In this document: positions 15,001 to 29,990 of the stretch, piece by piece
Layout: each line of letters opens with the position of its first letter
Position numbering within the stretch: position 1 is the stretch's first letter
Source of the DNA: Chrysomallon squamiferum
Lineage: Eukaryota; Animalia; Mollusca
Length of the DNA stretch: 64,000 nt
Reading direction: 5' to 3'
Assembly: GCA_012295275.1 (NCBI GenBank)
Contig: CM022671.1
Span: 10,788,001 to 10,852,000, forward strand
Notes under the pieces: model-generated
The model's input: the letters and a program-made list of their open reading frames with translations, nothing else
Databases searched by the model: none
What the model was told of the DNA's origin: nothing
Program-made: the position numbers and the translations under genes

Positions 15001-18000
15001 AAACAGAAGACATTCATTAAGGAACATGGCAGTACAACAAACAGAAGACATTCATTACAGGAACATGGCAGTACAACAAACAGAGAAGAAGACATTCATT
15101 ACAGGAACATGGCAGTACAACAAACAGAAGACATTCATTAAAGGAACATGGCAGTACAACAAACAGAAGACATTCATTACAGGAACATGGCAGTACAACA
15201 AACAGAAGACATTCATTACAGGAACATGGCAGTACAACAAACAGAAGACATTCATTACAGGAACATGGCAGTACAACAAACAGAAGACATTCATTACAGG
15301 AACATGGCAGTACAACAAACAGAAGACATTCATTACAGGAACATGGCAGTACAACAAACAGAAGACATTCATTACAGGAACATGGCAGTACAACAAACAG
15401 AAGACATTCATTACAGGAACATGGCAGTACAAACAAACAGAAGACATTCATTACAGGAAACATGGCAGTACAACAAACAGAAGACATTCATTACAGGAAC
15501 ATGGCAGTAAAAAAACAGAAGACATTCATTACAGGAACATGGCAGTACAACAAACAGAAGACATTCATTACAGGAACATGGCAGTACAACAAACAGAAGA
15601 CATTCATTACAGGAACATGGCAGTACAACAAAACAGAAGACATTCATTACAGGAACATGGCACTACAACAAACAGAAGACATTCATTACAGGAACATGGC
15701 AGTACAACAAACAGAAGACATTCATTACAGGAACATGGCAGTACAGCAAACAGAAGACACTCATTACAGGAATATAGTATACAAAAAACAGAAGACATTC
15801 ATTACAGGAACATGGCAGTACAACAAAACAGAAGACATTCATTACAGGAACATGGCAGTACAACAAACAGAAGACATTCATTACAGGAACATGGCAGTAC
15901 AAACAACAGAAGACATTCATTACAGGAACATGGCAGTACAACAAAACAGAAACACAGACATTTACAGGAACATGTGCAGTACAACAAACAGAAGACATTC
16001 ATTACAGGAACATGGCACATACAACAAACACAAAACACAGACATCATTACAGGAACATGGCAGTACAACAAACAGAAGACATTCATTACAGGAACATGGC
16101 AGTACAACAAACAGAAGACATTCATTACAGGAACATGGCAGTAGTACACAAACAGAAGACATTCATTACAGGAACATGGCAGTACAACAAACAGAAGACA
16201 TTCATTACAGGAACATGGCAGTACAACAAACAGAAAACAGAAGACATTCATTACAGGAACATGGCAGTATAACAAAGAGAAGACATTCATTATAGTAACA
16301 TGGCAGTACAAAAAAACAGAAGACAGTCATTGCAGGAACATGGCAGTACAACAAATGTAAGACATTCATTACAGGAACATCTCAGTACAACAAACAGAAG
16401 ACAGTCATTAAAGGTACATGGCAGTACAACAAACAGAAGACATTCATTATTAGGAAACATGGCAGTACAACAAACAGAAGACATTCATTACAGGAACATG
16501 GCAGTACAACAAACAGAAGACATTCATCATTACAGGAACATGGCAGTACAACAAACAGAAGACATTCATTACAGGAACATGGCAGTACAACAAACAGAAG
16601 ACACAGGATTACAGGAACATGGCATTACAACAAACAGAAGACAGAAGATCATTACAGGAACATGGCAGTACAACAAACAGAAGACATTCATTACAGGAAC
16701 ATGGCAGTACAACAAACAGAAGACATTCATTACAGGAACATGGCAGTACAAAAAACAAAGACATTCATTACAGGAACATGGCAGTACAACAAACAGAAGA
16801 CATTCATTAAAGGAACATGGCAGTACAACAAACAGAAGACATTCATTAAAGGAACATGGCAGTACAACAAACAGAAGACATTCATTAAAGGAACATGGCA
16901 GTACAACAAACAGAAGACATTCATTACAGGAACATGGCAGTACAACAAACAGAAGACATTCATTAAAGGAACATGGCAGTACAACAACAAACAAACAGAA
17001 GACATTCATTACAGGAACATGGCAGTACAACAAACAGAAGACATTCATTAAAGGAACATGGCAGTACAAAAACAGAAGACATTCATTACAGGAACATGGC
17101 AGTACAACAAACAGAAGACATTCAGTACAGGAACATGGCAGTACAACAAACAGAAGACACTCGTTACAGGAACATAGCAGTACAACAAACAGAAGACATT
17201 CATTACAGGAACATGGCAGTACAACAAACAGAAGACATTCATTACAGGAACATGGCAGTACAACAAACAGAAGACACATTCATTACAGGAACATGGCAGT
17301 ACAACAAACAGAAGACATTCATTACAGGAACATGGCAGTACAACAAACAGAAACACACAAAACAGAAGACATCATTACAGGAACATGGCAGTACAACAAA
17401 AAACAGAAGACATTCATTACAGGAACATGGCAGTACAACAAACAGAACATTCATTAAAGGAACATTCATTAGAGGAACATTACAGGAACATGGCAGTACA
17501 AAACAGAAGACATTCTTACAGGAACATGGCAGTAACAAACAGAAGACATTCATTAAACAGAAACAAACAGAAGACATTACAGGAACATGGCAGTACAACA
17601 AACAGAAGACATTCATTAAAGGAACATGGCAGTACAACAAACAGAAGACATTCATTACAGGAACATGGCAGTACAACAAACAGAAGACATTCATTAAAGG
17701 AACATGGCAGTACAGGAACATGGCAGTTAACATGGCAAACAAAAAACAGAAGACATTCATTACAGGAACATGGCAGTACAACAAACAAACAGAAGACATT
17801 CATTACAGGAACATGGCAGTACAACAAACAGAAGACATTCATTACAGGAACATGGCAGTACAACAAACAGAAGACATTCATTACAGGAACATGGCAGTAC
17901 AACAAACAGAAGACATTCATTACAGGAACATGGCAGTACAACAAAAGAAAAGAACATTCATTCATTACAGGAACATGGCAGTACAACAAACAGAAGACAT

Positions 18001-21000
18001 TCATTACAGGAACATGGCAGTACAACAAACAGAAGACATTCATTACAGGAACATGGCAGTACAACAAACAGAAGACATTCATTACAGGAACATGGCAGTA
18101 CAACAAACAGAAGACATTCATTACAGGAACATGGCAGTACAACAAACAGAAGACATTCATTACAGGAACATGGCAGTACAACAAACAGAAGACATTCATT
18201 ACAGGAACATGGCAGTACAACAAACAGAAGACATTCATTACAGGAACATGGCAGTACAAACAAACAGAAGACATTCATTACAGGAACATGGCAGTACAAC
18301 AAACAGAAGACATTCATTACAGGAACATGGCAGTACAACAAACAGAAGACATTCATTTACAGGAACATGGCAGTACAACAAACAGAAGACATTCATTACA
18401 GGAACATGGCAGTACAACAAAACAGAAGACATTCATTATAAGGAACATTACAACAAACAACAGAAGACATCATTACAGGAACATGGCAGAACAACAAAAA
18501 ACAGAACAAACAGAAGACATTCATTACAGGAACATGGCAGTACAACAAACAGAAGACATTCATTAAAGGAACATGGCAGTACCAACAAACAGAAGACATT
18601 CATTACAGGAACATGGCAGTACAACAAACAGAAGACATTCATTACAGGAACATGGCAGTACAACAAACAGAAGACATTCATTACAGGAACATGGCAGTAC
18701 AACAAACAGAAGACATTCATTACAGGAACATGGCAGTACAACAAACAAAAACAAGACAGAAGACATTCATTACAGGAACATGGCAGTACAACAAACAGAA
18801 GACATTCATTACAGGAACATGGCAGTACAAAACAAACAGAAGACATTCATTACAGGAACATGGCAGTACAACAAACAGAAGACATTCATTAAAGGAACAT
18901 GGCAGTACAACAAACAGAAGACATTCATTACAGGAACATGGCAGTACAACAAACAGAAGACATTCATTACAGGAACATGGCAGTACAACAAACACAAGAC
19001 AGACATTCATTACAGGAACATGGCAGTACAACAAACAGAAGACAGAAGACATTCATTACAGGAACATGGCAGTACAACAAACAGAAGACATTCATTACAG
19101 GAACATGGCAGTACAACAAACAGAAGACATTCATTACAGGAACATGGCAGTACAACAAACAGAAGAGGAACATTCATTAAACAGGAACATGGCAGTAACA
19201 ACAAAACAAACAACAGAAGACATTCATTACAGGAACATGGCAGTACAACAAACAGAAGACATTCATTACAGGAACATGGCAGTACAACAAAAACAGAAGA
19301 CATTCATTACAGGAACATGGCAGTACAACAAAACAGAAGACATTCATTACAGGAACATGGCAGTACAACAAACAGAAGACATTCATTACAGGAACATGGC
19401 AGTACAACAAACAAACAGAAGACATTCATTACAGGAACATGGCAGTACAACAAACAGAAGACATTCATTACAGGAACATGGCAACAAAAACAAACAGAAC
19501 ATGGCATTCATTAGAAGAACATGGCAGTACAACAAACAGAAGACATTCATTACAGGAACATGGCAGTACAACAAACAGAACATTCATTCATTACAGGAAC
19601 ATGGCAGTATTCAGACATTCATTACAGGAACATGGCAGTACAACAAACAGAAGACATTCATTACAGGAACATGGCAGTACAACAAACAGAAGACATTCAT
19701 TACAGGAACATGGCAGTACAACAAACAGAAGACATTCATTACAGGAACATGGCAGTACAACAAACAGAAGACATTCATTACAGGAACATGGCAGTACAAC
19801 AAACAGAAGACATTCATTAAAGGGAACATGGCAGTACAACAAACAGAAGACATTCATTATTAAACAACATGGCAGTACAACAAACAGAAGACATTCATTA
19901 CAGGAACATGGCAGTACAACAAACAAACAGAAGACATTCATTAAAGGAACATGGCAGTACAACAAACAGAAGACATTCATTACAGGAACATGGCAGTACA
20001 ACAAACAAAAGACATTCATTACAGGAACATGGCAGTACAACAAACAGAAGACATTCATTACAGGAACATGGCAGTACAACAAACAGAAGACATTCATTAC
20101 AGGAACATGGCAGTACAACAAACAGAAGACATTCATTACAGGAACATGGCAGTACAACAAACAGAAGACATTCATTACAGGAACATGGCAGTACAACAAA
20201 CAGAAGACACTCATTACAGGAACATGGCAGTACAACAAACAGAAGACATTCATTACAGGAACATGGCAGTACAACAAACAGAAGACAGACATCATTACAG
20301 GAACATGGCAGTACAACAAACAGAAAGACAACATGGCATACAGGAACATGGCAATACAAACAACAGAAGACATTCATTACAGGAACATGGCAGTACAACA
20401 AACAGAAGACATTCATTACAGGAACATGGCAGTACAACAAACAGAAGACATTCATTACAGGAACATGGCAGTACAACAAACAGAAGACATTCATTACAGG
20501 AACATGGCAGTACAACAAACAGAAGACATTCATTACAGGAACATGGCAACAAACAGAAGACATTCATTACAACAACATGGCAGTACAGAAAAAAAAACAA
20601 GACATTTATTGGAGGAACATGGCAGTACAAACAAACAGAAGACATTCATTACAGGAACATGGCAGTACAACAAACAAAAGAAGACATTCATTACAGGAAC
20701 ATGGCAGTACAACAAACAGAAGACATTCATTACAGGAACATGGCAGTACAACAAACAGAAGACAGTCATTAAAGGAGGAACATGGCAGTACAACAAACAA
20801 ACAGAAGACATTCATTACAGGAACATGGCAGTACAACAAACAGAAGACATTCATTAAAGGAACATGGCAGTACAACAAACAGAAGACATTCATTACAGGA
20901 ACATGGCAGTACAACAAAAGACAGAAGAACATGGCAGTACAACAAACAGGACACAAACATGGCAGTACAACAAACAGAAGACATTCATTACAGGAACATG

Positions 21001-24000
21001 GCAGTACAACAAACAGAAGACATTCATTACAGGAACATGGCAGTACAACAAACAGAAGACAGTTCACAGGGAACATGGCAGTACAACAAACAAACAGAAG
21101 ACATTCATTACAGGAACATGGCAGTACAACAAACAGAAGACATTCATTACAGGAACATGCAGTACAAAAAACAGAAGACATTCATTACAGGAACATGCAG
21201 TAACAAAAACAAGAACAAATAACAGGAACATGGCAGTACAACAAACAGAAGACAATCATTACAGGAACATGGCAGTACAACAAAGAGAAGACAATCATTA
21301 CAGTAACATGGCAGTACAACAAAGAGAAGACAATCATTACAGTAACATGGCAGTACAACAAACAGAAGACACTCATTAAAGGGAACATGGCAGTACAAAA
21401 ACACATTTCATTACAGGAACATGGCAACAACAAACAGAAGACATTCATTACAGGAACATGGCAGTACAACAAACAAACAAGACATTCATTACAGGAACAT
21501 GGCAGTACAACAAACAGAAGACATTCATTACAGGAACATGGCAGTACAACAAACAGAAGACAGTCATTACAGGAACATGGCAGTACAACAAACAGAAGAC
21601 AGTCATTACAGGAACATGGCAGTACAACAAACAGAAGACAGTCATTACTACAGAACATGGCAGTACAACAAAAACAGAAGACATTCATTACAGGAACATG
21701 GCAGTACAACAAACAGAAGACATTCATTAGAGGAACATGGCAGTACAACAAACAGAAGACATTCATTACAGGAACATGGCAGTACAACAAACAGAAGACA
21801 TTCATTACAGGAACATGGCAGTACAACAAACAGAAGACATTCATTAAACATGGCAGTACAAAAAAAAGACATTCATTAAAGGAACATGGCAGTACAACAA
21901 ACAGAAGAACAAAAGGAACATGGCAGTACAACAAACAGAAGACATTCATTACAGGAACATGGCATGGCAGTACAACAAACAGAAGACATTCATTACAGGA
22001 ACATGGCAGTACAACAAACAGAAGACATTCATTAAAGGAACATGGCAGTACAACAAACAGAAGACATTCATTAAAGGAACATGGCAGTACAACAAACAGA
22101 AGACATTCATTACAGGAACATGGCAGTACAACAAACAGAAGACATTCATTACAGGAACATGGCAGTACAACAAACAGAAGACATTCATTACAGGAACATG
22201 GCAGTACAACAAACAGAAGACATTCATTAAAGGAACATGGCAGTACAACAAACAGAAGACATTCATTACAGGAACATGGCAGTACAACAAACAGAAGACA
22301 TTCATTACAGGAACATGGCAGTACAAAAATGGCAGTACAGAAACATGAAACAAAGAGAAGACATTCATTACAGGAACATGGCAGTACAACAAACAGAAAG
22401 ACATTCATTACAGGAACATGGCAGTACAACAAACAGAAGACATTCATTACAGGAACATGGCAGTACAACAAACAGAAGACATTCATTACAGGAACATGGC
22501 AGTACAACAAACAGAAGACATTCATTATTAGGAACATGGCAGTACAAACAAACAGAAGACATTCATTACAGGAACATGGCAGTACAACAAACAGAAGACA
22601 TTCATTAAAGGAACATGGCAGTACAACAAACAGAAGACATTCATTACAGGAACATGGCAGTACAACAAACAGAAGACATTCATTAAAGGAACATGGCAGT
22701 ACAACAAACAGAAGACATTCATTACAGGAACATGGCAGTACAACAAACAGAAGACATTCATTACAGGAACATGGCAGTACAACAAACAGAAGACAGTCAT
22801 TACAGGAACATGGCAGTACAACAAACAGAAGACAGTCATTACAGGAACATGGCAGTACAACAAACAGAAGACAGTCATTACAGGAACATGGCAGTACAAC
22901 AAACAGAAGACAGTCATTACAGGAACATGGCAGTACAACAAACAGAAGACAGTCATTACAGGAACATGGCAGTACAACAAACAGAAGACAGTCATTACAG
23001 GAACATGGCAGTACAACAAACAGAAGACAGTCATTACAGGAACATGGCAGTACAACAAACAGAAGACAGTCATTACAGGAACATGGCAGTACAACAAACA
23101 GAAGACATTCATTACAGGAACATGGCAGTAGAACAAACAGAAGACATTCATTACAGGAACATGGCAGTACAACAAACAGAAGACATTCATTACAGGAACA
23201 TGGCAGTACAAACAACATTCATTACAGGAACATTCATTACAAACAGAACATGGCACAGGAACATGGCAACAAAAACAGAAGACATTCATTACAGGAACAT
23301 GGCAGTACAACAAACAGAAGACATTCATTACAGGAACATGGCAGTACAACAAACAGAAGACATTCATTACAGGAACATGGCGTACAAAACAAATTACAGA
23401 ACATGACATTCATTAAAGGAACATTACAGGAACATGGCAGTACAACAAACAGAAGACATTCATTAGAGGAGGAACATGGCAGTACAACAAACAAATTAGA
23501 GAACATGGCAGTACAACAAAGAAAGACATTCATTACAGGAACATGGCAGTACAACAAACAGAAGACATTCATTACAGGAACATGGCAGTACAACAAACAG
23601 AAGACAGTCATTACAGGAACATGGCAGTACAACAAACAGAAGAAGATTACAGGAACATTACAGGAACATGGCAGTATTAACAAACATGGCAGTACAACAA
23701 ACAAGACATTCATTAGGAACATGGCAGTACAACAAACAGAAGACAGTCATTACAGGAACATGGCAGTACAACAAACAGAAGACAGTCATTACAGGAACAT
23801 GGCAGTACAACAAACAGAAGACAGTCATTACAGGAACATGGCAGTACAACAAACAGAAGACAGTCATTACAGGAACATGGCAGTACAAAACAAACAGAAG
23901 ACACATTCATTACAGGAACATGGCAGTACAACAAACAACAGAAGACATTCATTACAGGAACATGGCAGTACAACAAACAGAAGACATTCATTAAAGGAAC

Positions 24001-24977
24001 ATGGCAGTACAACAAACAGAAGACATTTCATTAAAGGAACATGGCAGTACAACAAACAGAAGACATTCATTACAGGAACATGGCAGTACAACAAACAGAA
24101 GACAAGACATTATTAGGAACATGGCAGTACAACAAAAACAGAAGACATTCATTAAAGGAACATGGCAGTACAACAAACAGAAGACATTCATTAAAGGAAC
24201 ATGGCAGTACAACAAACAAAAAGACATTCATTACAGGAACATGGCAGTACAACAAACAGAAGACATTCATTACAGGAACATGGCAGTACAACAAACAGAA
24301 GACAGTCATTACAGGAACATGGCAGTACAACAAACAGAAGAACACAGTCATTACAGGAACATGACAGTACAACAAACAGACACAGTCATTAGGAACATGG
24401 CAGTACAACAAACAGAAGACAGTCATTACAGGAACATGGCAGTACAACAAACAGAAAGACATTCATTACAGGAACATGGCAGTACAACAAACAGAAGACA
24501 CTCATTACAGGAACATGGCAGGTTCAACAAACAGAAGACATTCATTACAGGAACATGGCATTACAACAAACAGAAGACATTCATTACAGGAACATGGCAG
24601 TACAACAAACACATTCAAGACATTCATTAGAAGAGGAAGGAACATGGCAGTACAACAAACAGAAGACATTCATTATAGGAACATGGCAGTACAACAAACA
24701 GAAGACATTCATTACAGGAACATGGCAGTACAACAAACAGAAGACATTCATTACAGGAACATGGCAGTACAACAAACAGAAGACATTCATTACAGGAACA
24801 TGGCAGTACAACAAACAGAAGACATTCATTACAGGAACATGGCAGTACAACAAACAGAAGACATTCATTAAAGGAACATGGCAGTACAACAAACAGAAGA
24901 CAGTCATTACAGGAACATGACAGTAGAACAAACAGAAGACAGTCATTACAGGAACATGACAGTAGAACAAACAGAAG
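1..24977 (+). repeat. 39-bp tandem satellite array (array 1), about 630-640 copies, runs off the window start and into the gap
   Basis: Head-to-tail ACAGGAACATGGCAGTACAACAAACAGAAGACATTCATT (39 nt: 18 A, 8 C, 7 G, 6 T, no CpG). Common variants ATTAAAGG (C>A) and GACAGTCATT (T>G); many small indels in A/C runs. Confidence 0.99.
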
Positions 24978-25177
24978 NNNNNNNNNNNNNNNNNNNNNNN
25001 NNNNNNNNNNNNNNNNNNNNNNNNNNNNNNNNNNNNNNNNNNNNNNNNNNNNNNNNNNNNNNNNNNNNNNNNNNNNNNNNNNNNNNNNNNNNNNNNNNNN
25101 NNNNNNNNNNNNNNNNNNNNNNNNNNNNNNNNNNNNNNNNNNNNNNNNNNNNNNNNNNNNNNNNNNNNNNNNNNNNN
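24978..25177. other. Assembly gap, 200 N
   Basis: Exactly 200 Ns; a round number like this is a scaffolding placeholder, so true size is unknown. Confidence 0.99.
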
Positions 25178-25184
25178 AGTGAAA

Positions 25185-25440
25185 GCTCTCCAATGATCTG
25201 TCTGCCCCACAGGAGTAATGAATGTATTCCAGATTATTCACTGGTCATTCACTGCTACTGCACAGACCATCACAGAGTAGAAAGACTTGTGCTGTTAGGC
25301 AAGAGAAATAGACAAAAGATTTTTCAAAGTTATTATTATTAAATCTCTGATGATCTGTCTGCCCTACAGGAAAAATGACACCATTCCAGTTATCTACTGG
25401 TCAGTCACTATTCCTGACCAGATCATCAAAGAATTAAATA
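25185..25440. repeat. Old two-copy tandem duplication, period about 158 bp
   Basis: ATGATCTGTCTGCCCCACAGGA...ACTGGTCATTCACT near 25193 recurs as ATGATCTGTCTGCCCTACAGGA...ACTGGTCAGTCACT near 25350. Confidence 0.8.
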
Positions 25441-26099
25441 TTTTAAGTTTACATTACATTAGAGTGCATTAAACAGTTTTTGTTTTAAATTTTATTATTA
25501 TTCCTTTTGTTTTTCTTTATCTAGTGCTTCTTAAATACCTCTTGCATGGATGTTTAAGCGAAATTAACTACCAAGAAATATAAAGCTATAATTTTAATTG
25601 TACAATTTGTTAACTTACTGAAATTTTAGTAGACATTTTCAAATAACTGGAATTATCAGTAAATATGACACTCATCAATGAACAGACAGGAGGGTGGAGA
25701 CAATCCCTATCTAAAATGGATGTCAGCAAACAGGATAGTCATGCGTCAGAATATCAGGAATGAGACTGCATTACCAGGACTGTTTCTGCCTAGGATGGAT
25801 TATCAACTACAGGGCACAGTTTGGGCAATGGTATTGGAATGCCTTAAACCTGCTGAAAATATGGACACCACCCATCTAGTGTTGTTGATTTTTTCTAAAC
25901 AATTTTTAGTTTTCATTTTTTGTTTTAAGCAATGATTATAGAAATGAATAAAAAAAAAGAAAAAAGAAATAAAAAGAAATTAAAAAAAAAAAAAAAAAAA
26001 ACATGATATGAAAAACATAAATTCCCCACTATGCTTTTATGACTGTAAAGTTTCCCATGAAGTTATATCAATAAGTTCCAAAGTGTTTATTTATTTCAC

Positions 26100-27022
26100 A
26101 TTTCGTTTATCTCTGTACCTGTATTACATCTATTCAGCTGTTTATTTCAGCTACCAATGTAAGAGTTTAAATAACAGAACATTTAAATCAGATGTGCTTA
26201 TTTCTAATAACTAACTCAATTTATATTCAGTAGTTTTACTATAATTATTACTATTAACCATCAACTTCAATATTAAATACAAGGAAAAGAAAAGAAGTAA
26301 AAATAGATGCATTTGTTCCACAATATCCTAGACTGTTCAGTGGAAGCATTTTCAATAGATTTCCAAAACTAACATTTAAATGATGCAATGGTTAGTAAGC
26401 TTTTTTTGAAGAAACTAATGCTATTTCTTTTCATTTATTTTCATAAATATCTGAGAATATCAAAATGGTAAAATTTATATCAGATGTGCATGTTTCTTTT
26501 AACTAACATTACTTCTGTTCAGTTATTTTATTAAACCAACAACTGAATGAAATCTGAACAAAAATGTACTTGTTTCTAACACTATCCATCATGCCTATGT
26601 GTTTAAATTTTAAAAATTATTTATATATTTATTTATTCATTTGTTTATTTATTTATATTTATTTATTAATTTATTTATTTGTTTATTTATTTATATTTAT
26701 TTATTTATTTATTTATTATATAATGTATCTAAATAAACAAGCTGTCTTCTCTTTGGCTGCTTATTTATGATTTCTATCACAAAAACTAACTGTCTGTGAT
26801 TTTATATAATACACTTTAAATCAAATGTGCTTATTTCCAGTAACCAGCCCAACTTCTATTCTACTCTGCTGTTATATAAGAATTTTAGTACAATTTATAT
26901 CAGGTGTACTTATTTCTTTTAACTAACATTACCTCTGTCCAGTTATTTTATTAAAGTATCCAAATGTATTTGTTTCTAACAATATCCATGATGCTTATGT
27001 GTTTAAATTTTTAAATTCTGAT

Positions 27023-27061
<39 letters not shown>

Positions 27062-28380
27062 TTATAATACTTCTAAATATACAAGCTGTCTTCTGTTTAG
27101 TTGTTTATTTTGGACTAATATCAAAAGAGCGATCTCTGAGTTTATATAATCCTCAGTTTAAATCAGATGTGCTTATTTCCAGTAATCTGATCAACTTCTA
27201 TTCAACTGTTTAATTATATAATAATTTTAATAAAATTTATGCCAGCTATAAAAATAATTCTAACAGTACTTAGCATTTCATCACTGTACACAATTTAAAT
27301 AATGTAATGTCTGGTGAGCTTCTTTAAAGAAACTAATGTTTTTTCTTTTTATTTTTTTTTTTTTGTCCAAATGTTATAAATATCCACCCATTAAGAATAT
27401 CAAACTGGTTAAATTTATATCAGGTGTACTTATTTCTTTTAACTAACATTACCTCAGTCCAGTTAGTTTATTAAAGTATCCAACAACTGAATTCAGTCAA
27501 CTAAAATGTATTTGTTTCTAACACTATCCATCATGTATATGTGTTTAAATTTTAAATTTTATTTAAATATTTATTTATTTATTTGTTTATTTATTTATAT
27601 TTATTTATTTATTTATTTAATATATAATGTATCTAAATAAACAAGCTGTCTTTTTTTTGGCTGCTTTTTTGGCTAATTTTTGTCTTTTCTTTGGCTGCTT
27701 ATTTATGATTTCTATCACAAAAACTAACTGTCTGTGATTTTATATAATACACTTTAAATCAAATGTGCTTATTTCCAGTAACCAGCCCATCTTCTATTCT
27801 ACTCTGCTGTTATATAAGAATTTTAGTACAATTTATATCAGGTGTACTTATTTCTTTTAACTAACATTACCTCTGTCCAGTTATTTTATTAAAGTATCCA
27901 AATGTATTTGTTTCTAACAATATCCATCATGCCTATGTGTTTAAATTTTAAACTTTATTTATTTATTTATTTATTTATTATATAATGTATCTAAATAAAC
28001 AAGCTGTCTTCTCTTTAGTTGCTTATTTATGAATTCTATGAGAACAGCTGTCTCTGTTTTATATAATACAGTTTAAATCAAATGTGCTTATTTCCAGTAA
28101 CCAGCCCACTTCTATTCTACTCTTTTCTTACATAATTTTAGTAAAATGTATGTTAGGTGTACTTATTTCTAGTAACTAGGATCCCCTCTGTTCAGTTGTT
28201 TTGTTTGAGTTGCCAACAACAGAATTATATGTTTCTGAATAATCAAGCTGTCTTCTCCTTAGTTGCTTATTTATGATTTCTATCACAACAGCTGTCTCTG
28301 ATTTTATATAATACACAGTTTAAATCAAATGTGCTTATTTCCAGTAACCAGCCCAACTTCTATTCTACTTTTTTCTACAT
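26100..28380. repeat. Degenerate complex tandem repeat (about 320-420-bp units) with embedded (TTTA)n tracts
   Basis: ATCA(G/A)(A/G)TGT(G/A)CTTATTTC recurs about 11 times and CAAGCTGTCTT five times; about 26750-27010 and 27690-27950 are near identical (offset about 938 bp). Confidence 0.9.
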
Positions 28381-28838
28381 ATATGAGTTTCCCCCGAAAT
28401 AAAAAGAAAAAGGAAAAAGAAAAGAAAAAATAGGACCCAAAAGTACCATGAAAATAAATCTATCCCACCAGCAAAACTGAAATAAACATCAACATGTTTG
28501 TACAAGTTATCATTTTGTTATTACATCCATATTTAAAATGTGTGGACTGTTCCTAATTTAGGTTTCTTCCTCTGGAATATGTTTATTTAAATTAGAAGTG
28601 TGAAATCATTGTATTTACTCTGTCAATCAAAACGTTATCTGACTTGTTTTTAATTGTGCAGAACAACTAGCCTGCTTCACATGATCCCTGCTGTTAAAGT
28701 CAAAAGTTTCTCCCCACCACTATACAAATGACAATATTTCAAATAAAAGTATACAAAACCAAATAGTACTAGCACTCTTTAGACTAGACAGACAGGCAGT
28801 TCCACGCCAATGTGTATTTGTTATTTTTTATTTAGATT

Positions 28839-28847
<9 letters not shown>

Positions 28848-28911
<64 letters not shown>
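28848..28911. repeat. (GA)n microsatellite
   Basis: About 32 perfect GA units. Confidence 0.99.
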
Positions 28912-28916
<5 letters not shown>

Positions 28917-29249
28917 GTTTAACACCTACTTTCTACAAGTTACCATGATCAACATATTTATACTGTACATATTCAGTACAGCACACAATGTTAGGCAAAA
29001 ACTTGAAAAAGAACAAAATAATTTGAAATGCTTTGATTGAAGTAAAATAAAATATATAATTTACAAATGCAAATATTCTTCTTTGTTTAATGGTTACTTT
29101 TTTTTTTTTTCTACTTGTTTTAACTTATTATTCATTTTCTCTTTTGTTTCTAAAAATGACTAATTTTACAAACATCACTAAGAAAGACACTGAATGAATT
29201 AATGAGCTGTCCAACAAAATACAGGACACATGATTTTTCTTTAGTAGTT

Positions 29250-29575
29250 ATATCAGAGAGAAGAAACTCTGTACTGCTAGATTAATCAGAGAAAACATAT
29301 ATGACTGAACATGATGAAAACAAGCAGACAAGTGCATGGCACAGGAGTTGAACACAGTACAACCTGTGGATATTGCATATGACCACTTAAAACCATAAGA
29401 AGGGAAAAGGTTTAGATGAAGGCCAACAAGAGGAATGGAATATGAAGGAATGGACTGGACAAGGACTGGAAAAGTATTGGCTGGCAGAAGGCAAATTACA
29501 AAGATTTTCAAACAATATGCTGAAGCTTTTTTCTGAACAATGGGAGCCTACGTCAGTGCTATGATATTGATGAAA
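29250..29575 (+). mobile_element. Decayed 3' end of an RTE-clade LINE
   Basis: Broken translation IREKK...KP*EGKRFR*RPTR...EAF and CAATGG (QW) resembles the RTE C-terminal WxPxxGKRxRGRP...EAFxxQW motif; ends in TGA-rich tail-like sequence. Confidence 0.55.
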
Positions 29576-29854
29576 CAGCAAGAAATGTTTTAAATGGATC
29601 TTTCAGACAGAAAACCATGTATTACAATTTTGGGAACACCTCTAGATGACCCCTTGTTGTAAATGGAAATACTCTGTTGCTTTCAAAAGAAAACTGATCT
29701 TAACACAATTTTGAGCTTGACTCATTAAATACAACAACTGTGACAGGAATACAGTAATGTTCAGATACATGTTATTTATCTTTTGAAATTATAGCTAATT
29801 TACAGTGAAAGAGGAATTAAAAAACCTCATTTTAACATTAACAGTTGGCTAGTT

Positions 29855-29990
29855 TTGTCACACAGCAGACAGGATTGTTTCATAATAACTCTTTACAACA
29901 AGAGCAAAGAACAAGCCATGGCCTTTGATGAAACAAACAAGGACCACTGGCTGGAATGGGGAAATACCAAATGTTTATACCCATGTGCAA
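29855..29990. mobile_element. Possible decayed SINE fragment
   Basis: CAGACAGGAT...CCATGGCCTTTGAT...CACTGGCTGGAA..GAAATA resembles, from memory only, the body of invertebrate tRNA-derived SINEs. Confidence 0.3.

Noticed and set aside
130-24977. Hundreds of long overlapping ORFs (up to 909 aa)
   Set aside because: Translations of the 39-bp monomer in several frames at once, switching frame at indels; no unique domain or gene structure.
1-24977. p53-like half site (GAACATGGCA) and ACATG/GTACA mirror motif in the monomer
   Set aside because: Only 8/10 match to RRRCWWGYYY with no paired half site; short motifs like these are expected by chance.
24978-25177. Treating array 1 as physically adjacent to the downstream island
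   Set aside because: The join is a scaffold gap, so distance and orientation between the two arrays are not proven by contiguous sequence.
24584-25342. ORFs of 154-208 aa spanning the gap
   Set aside because: Open only because Ns translate as X.
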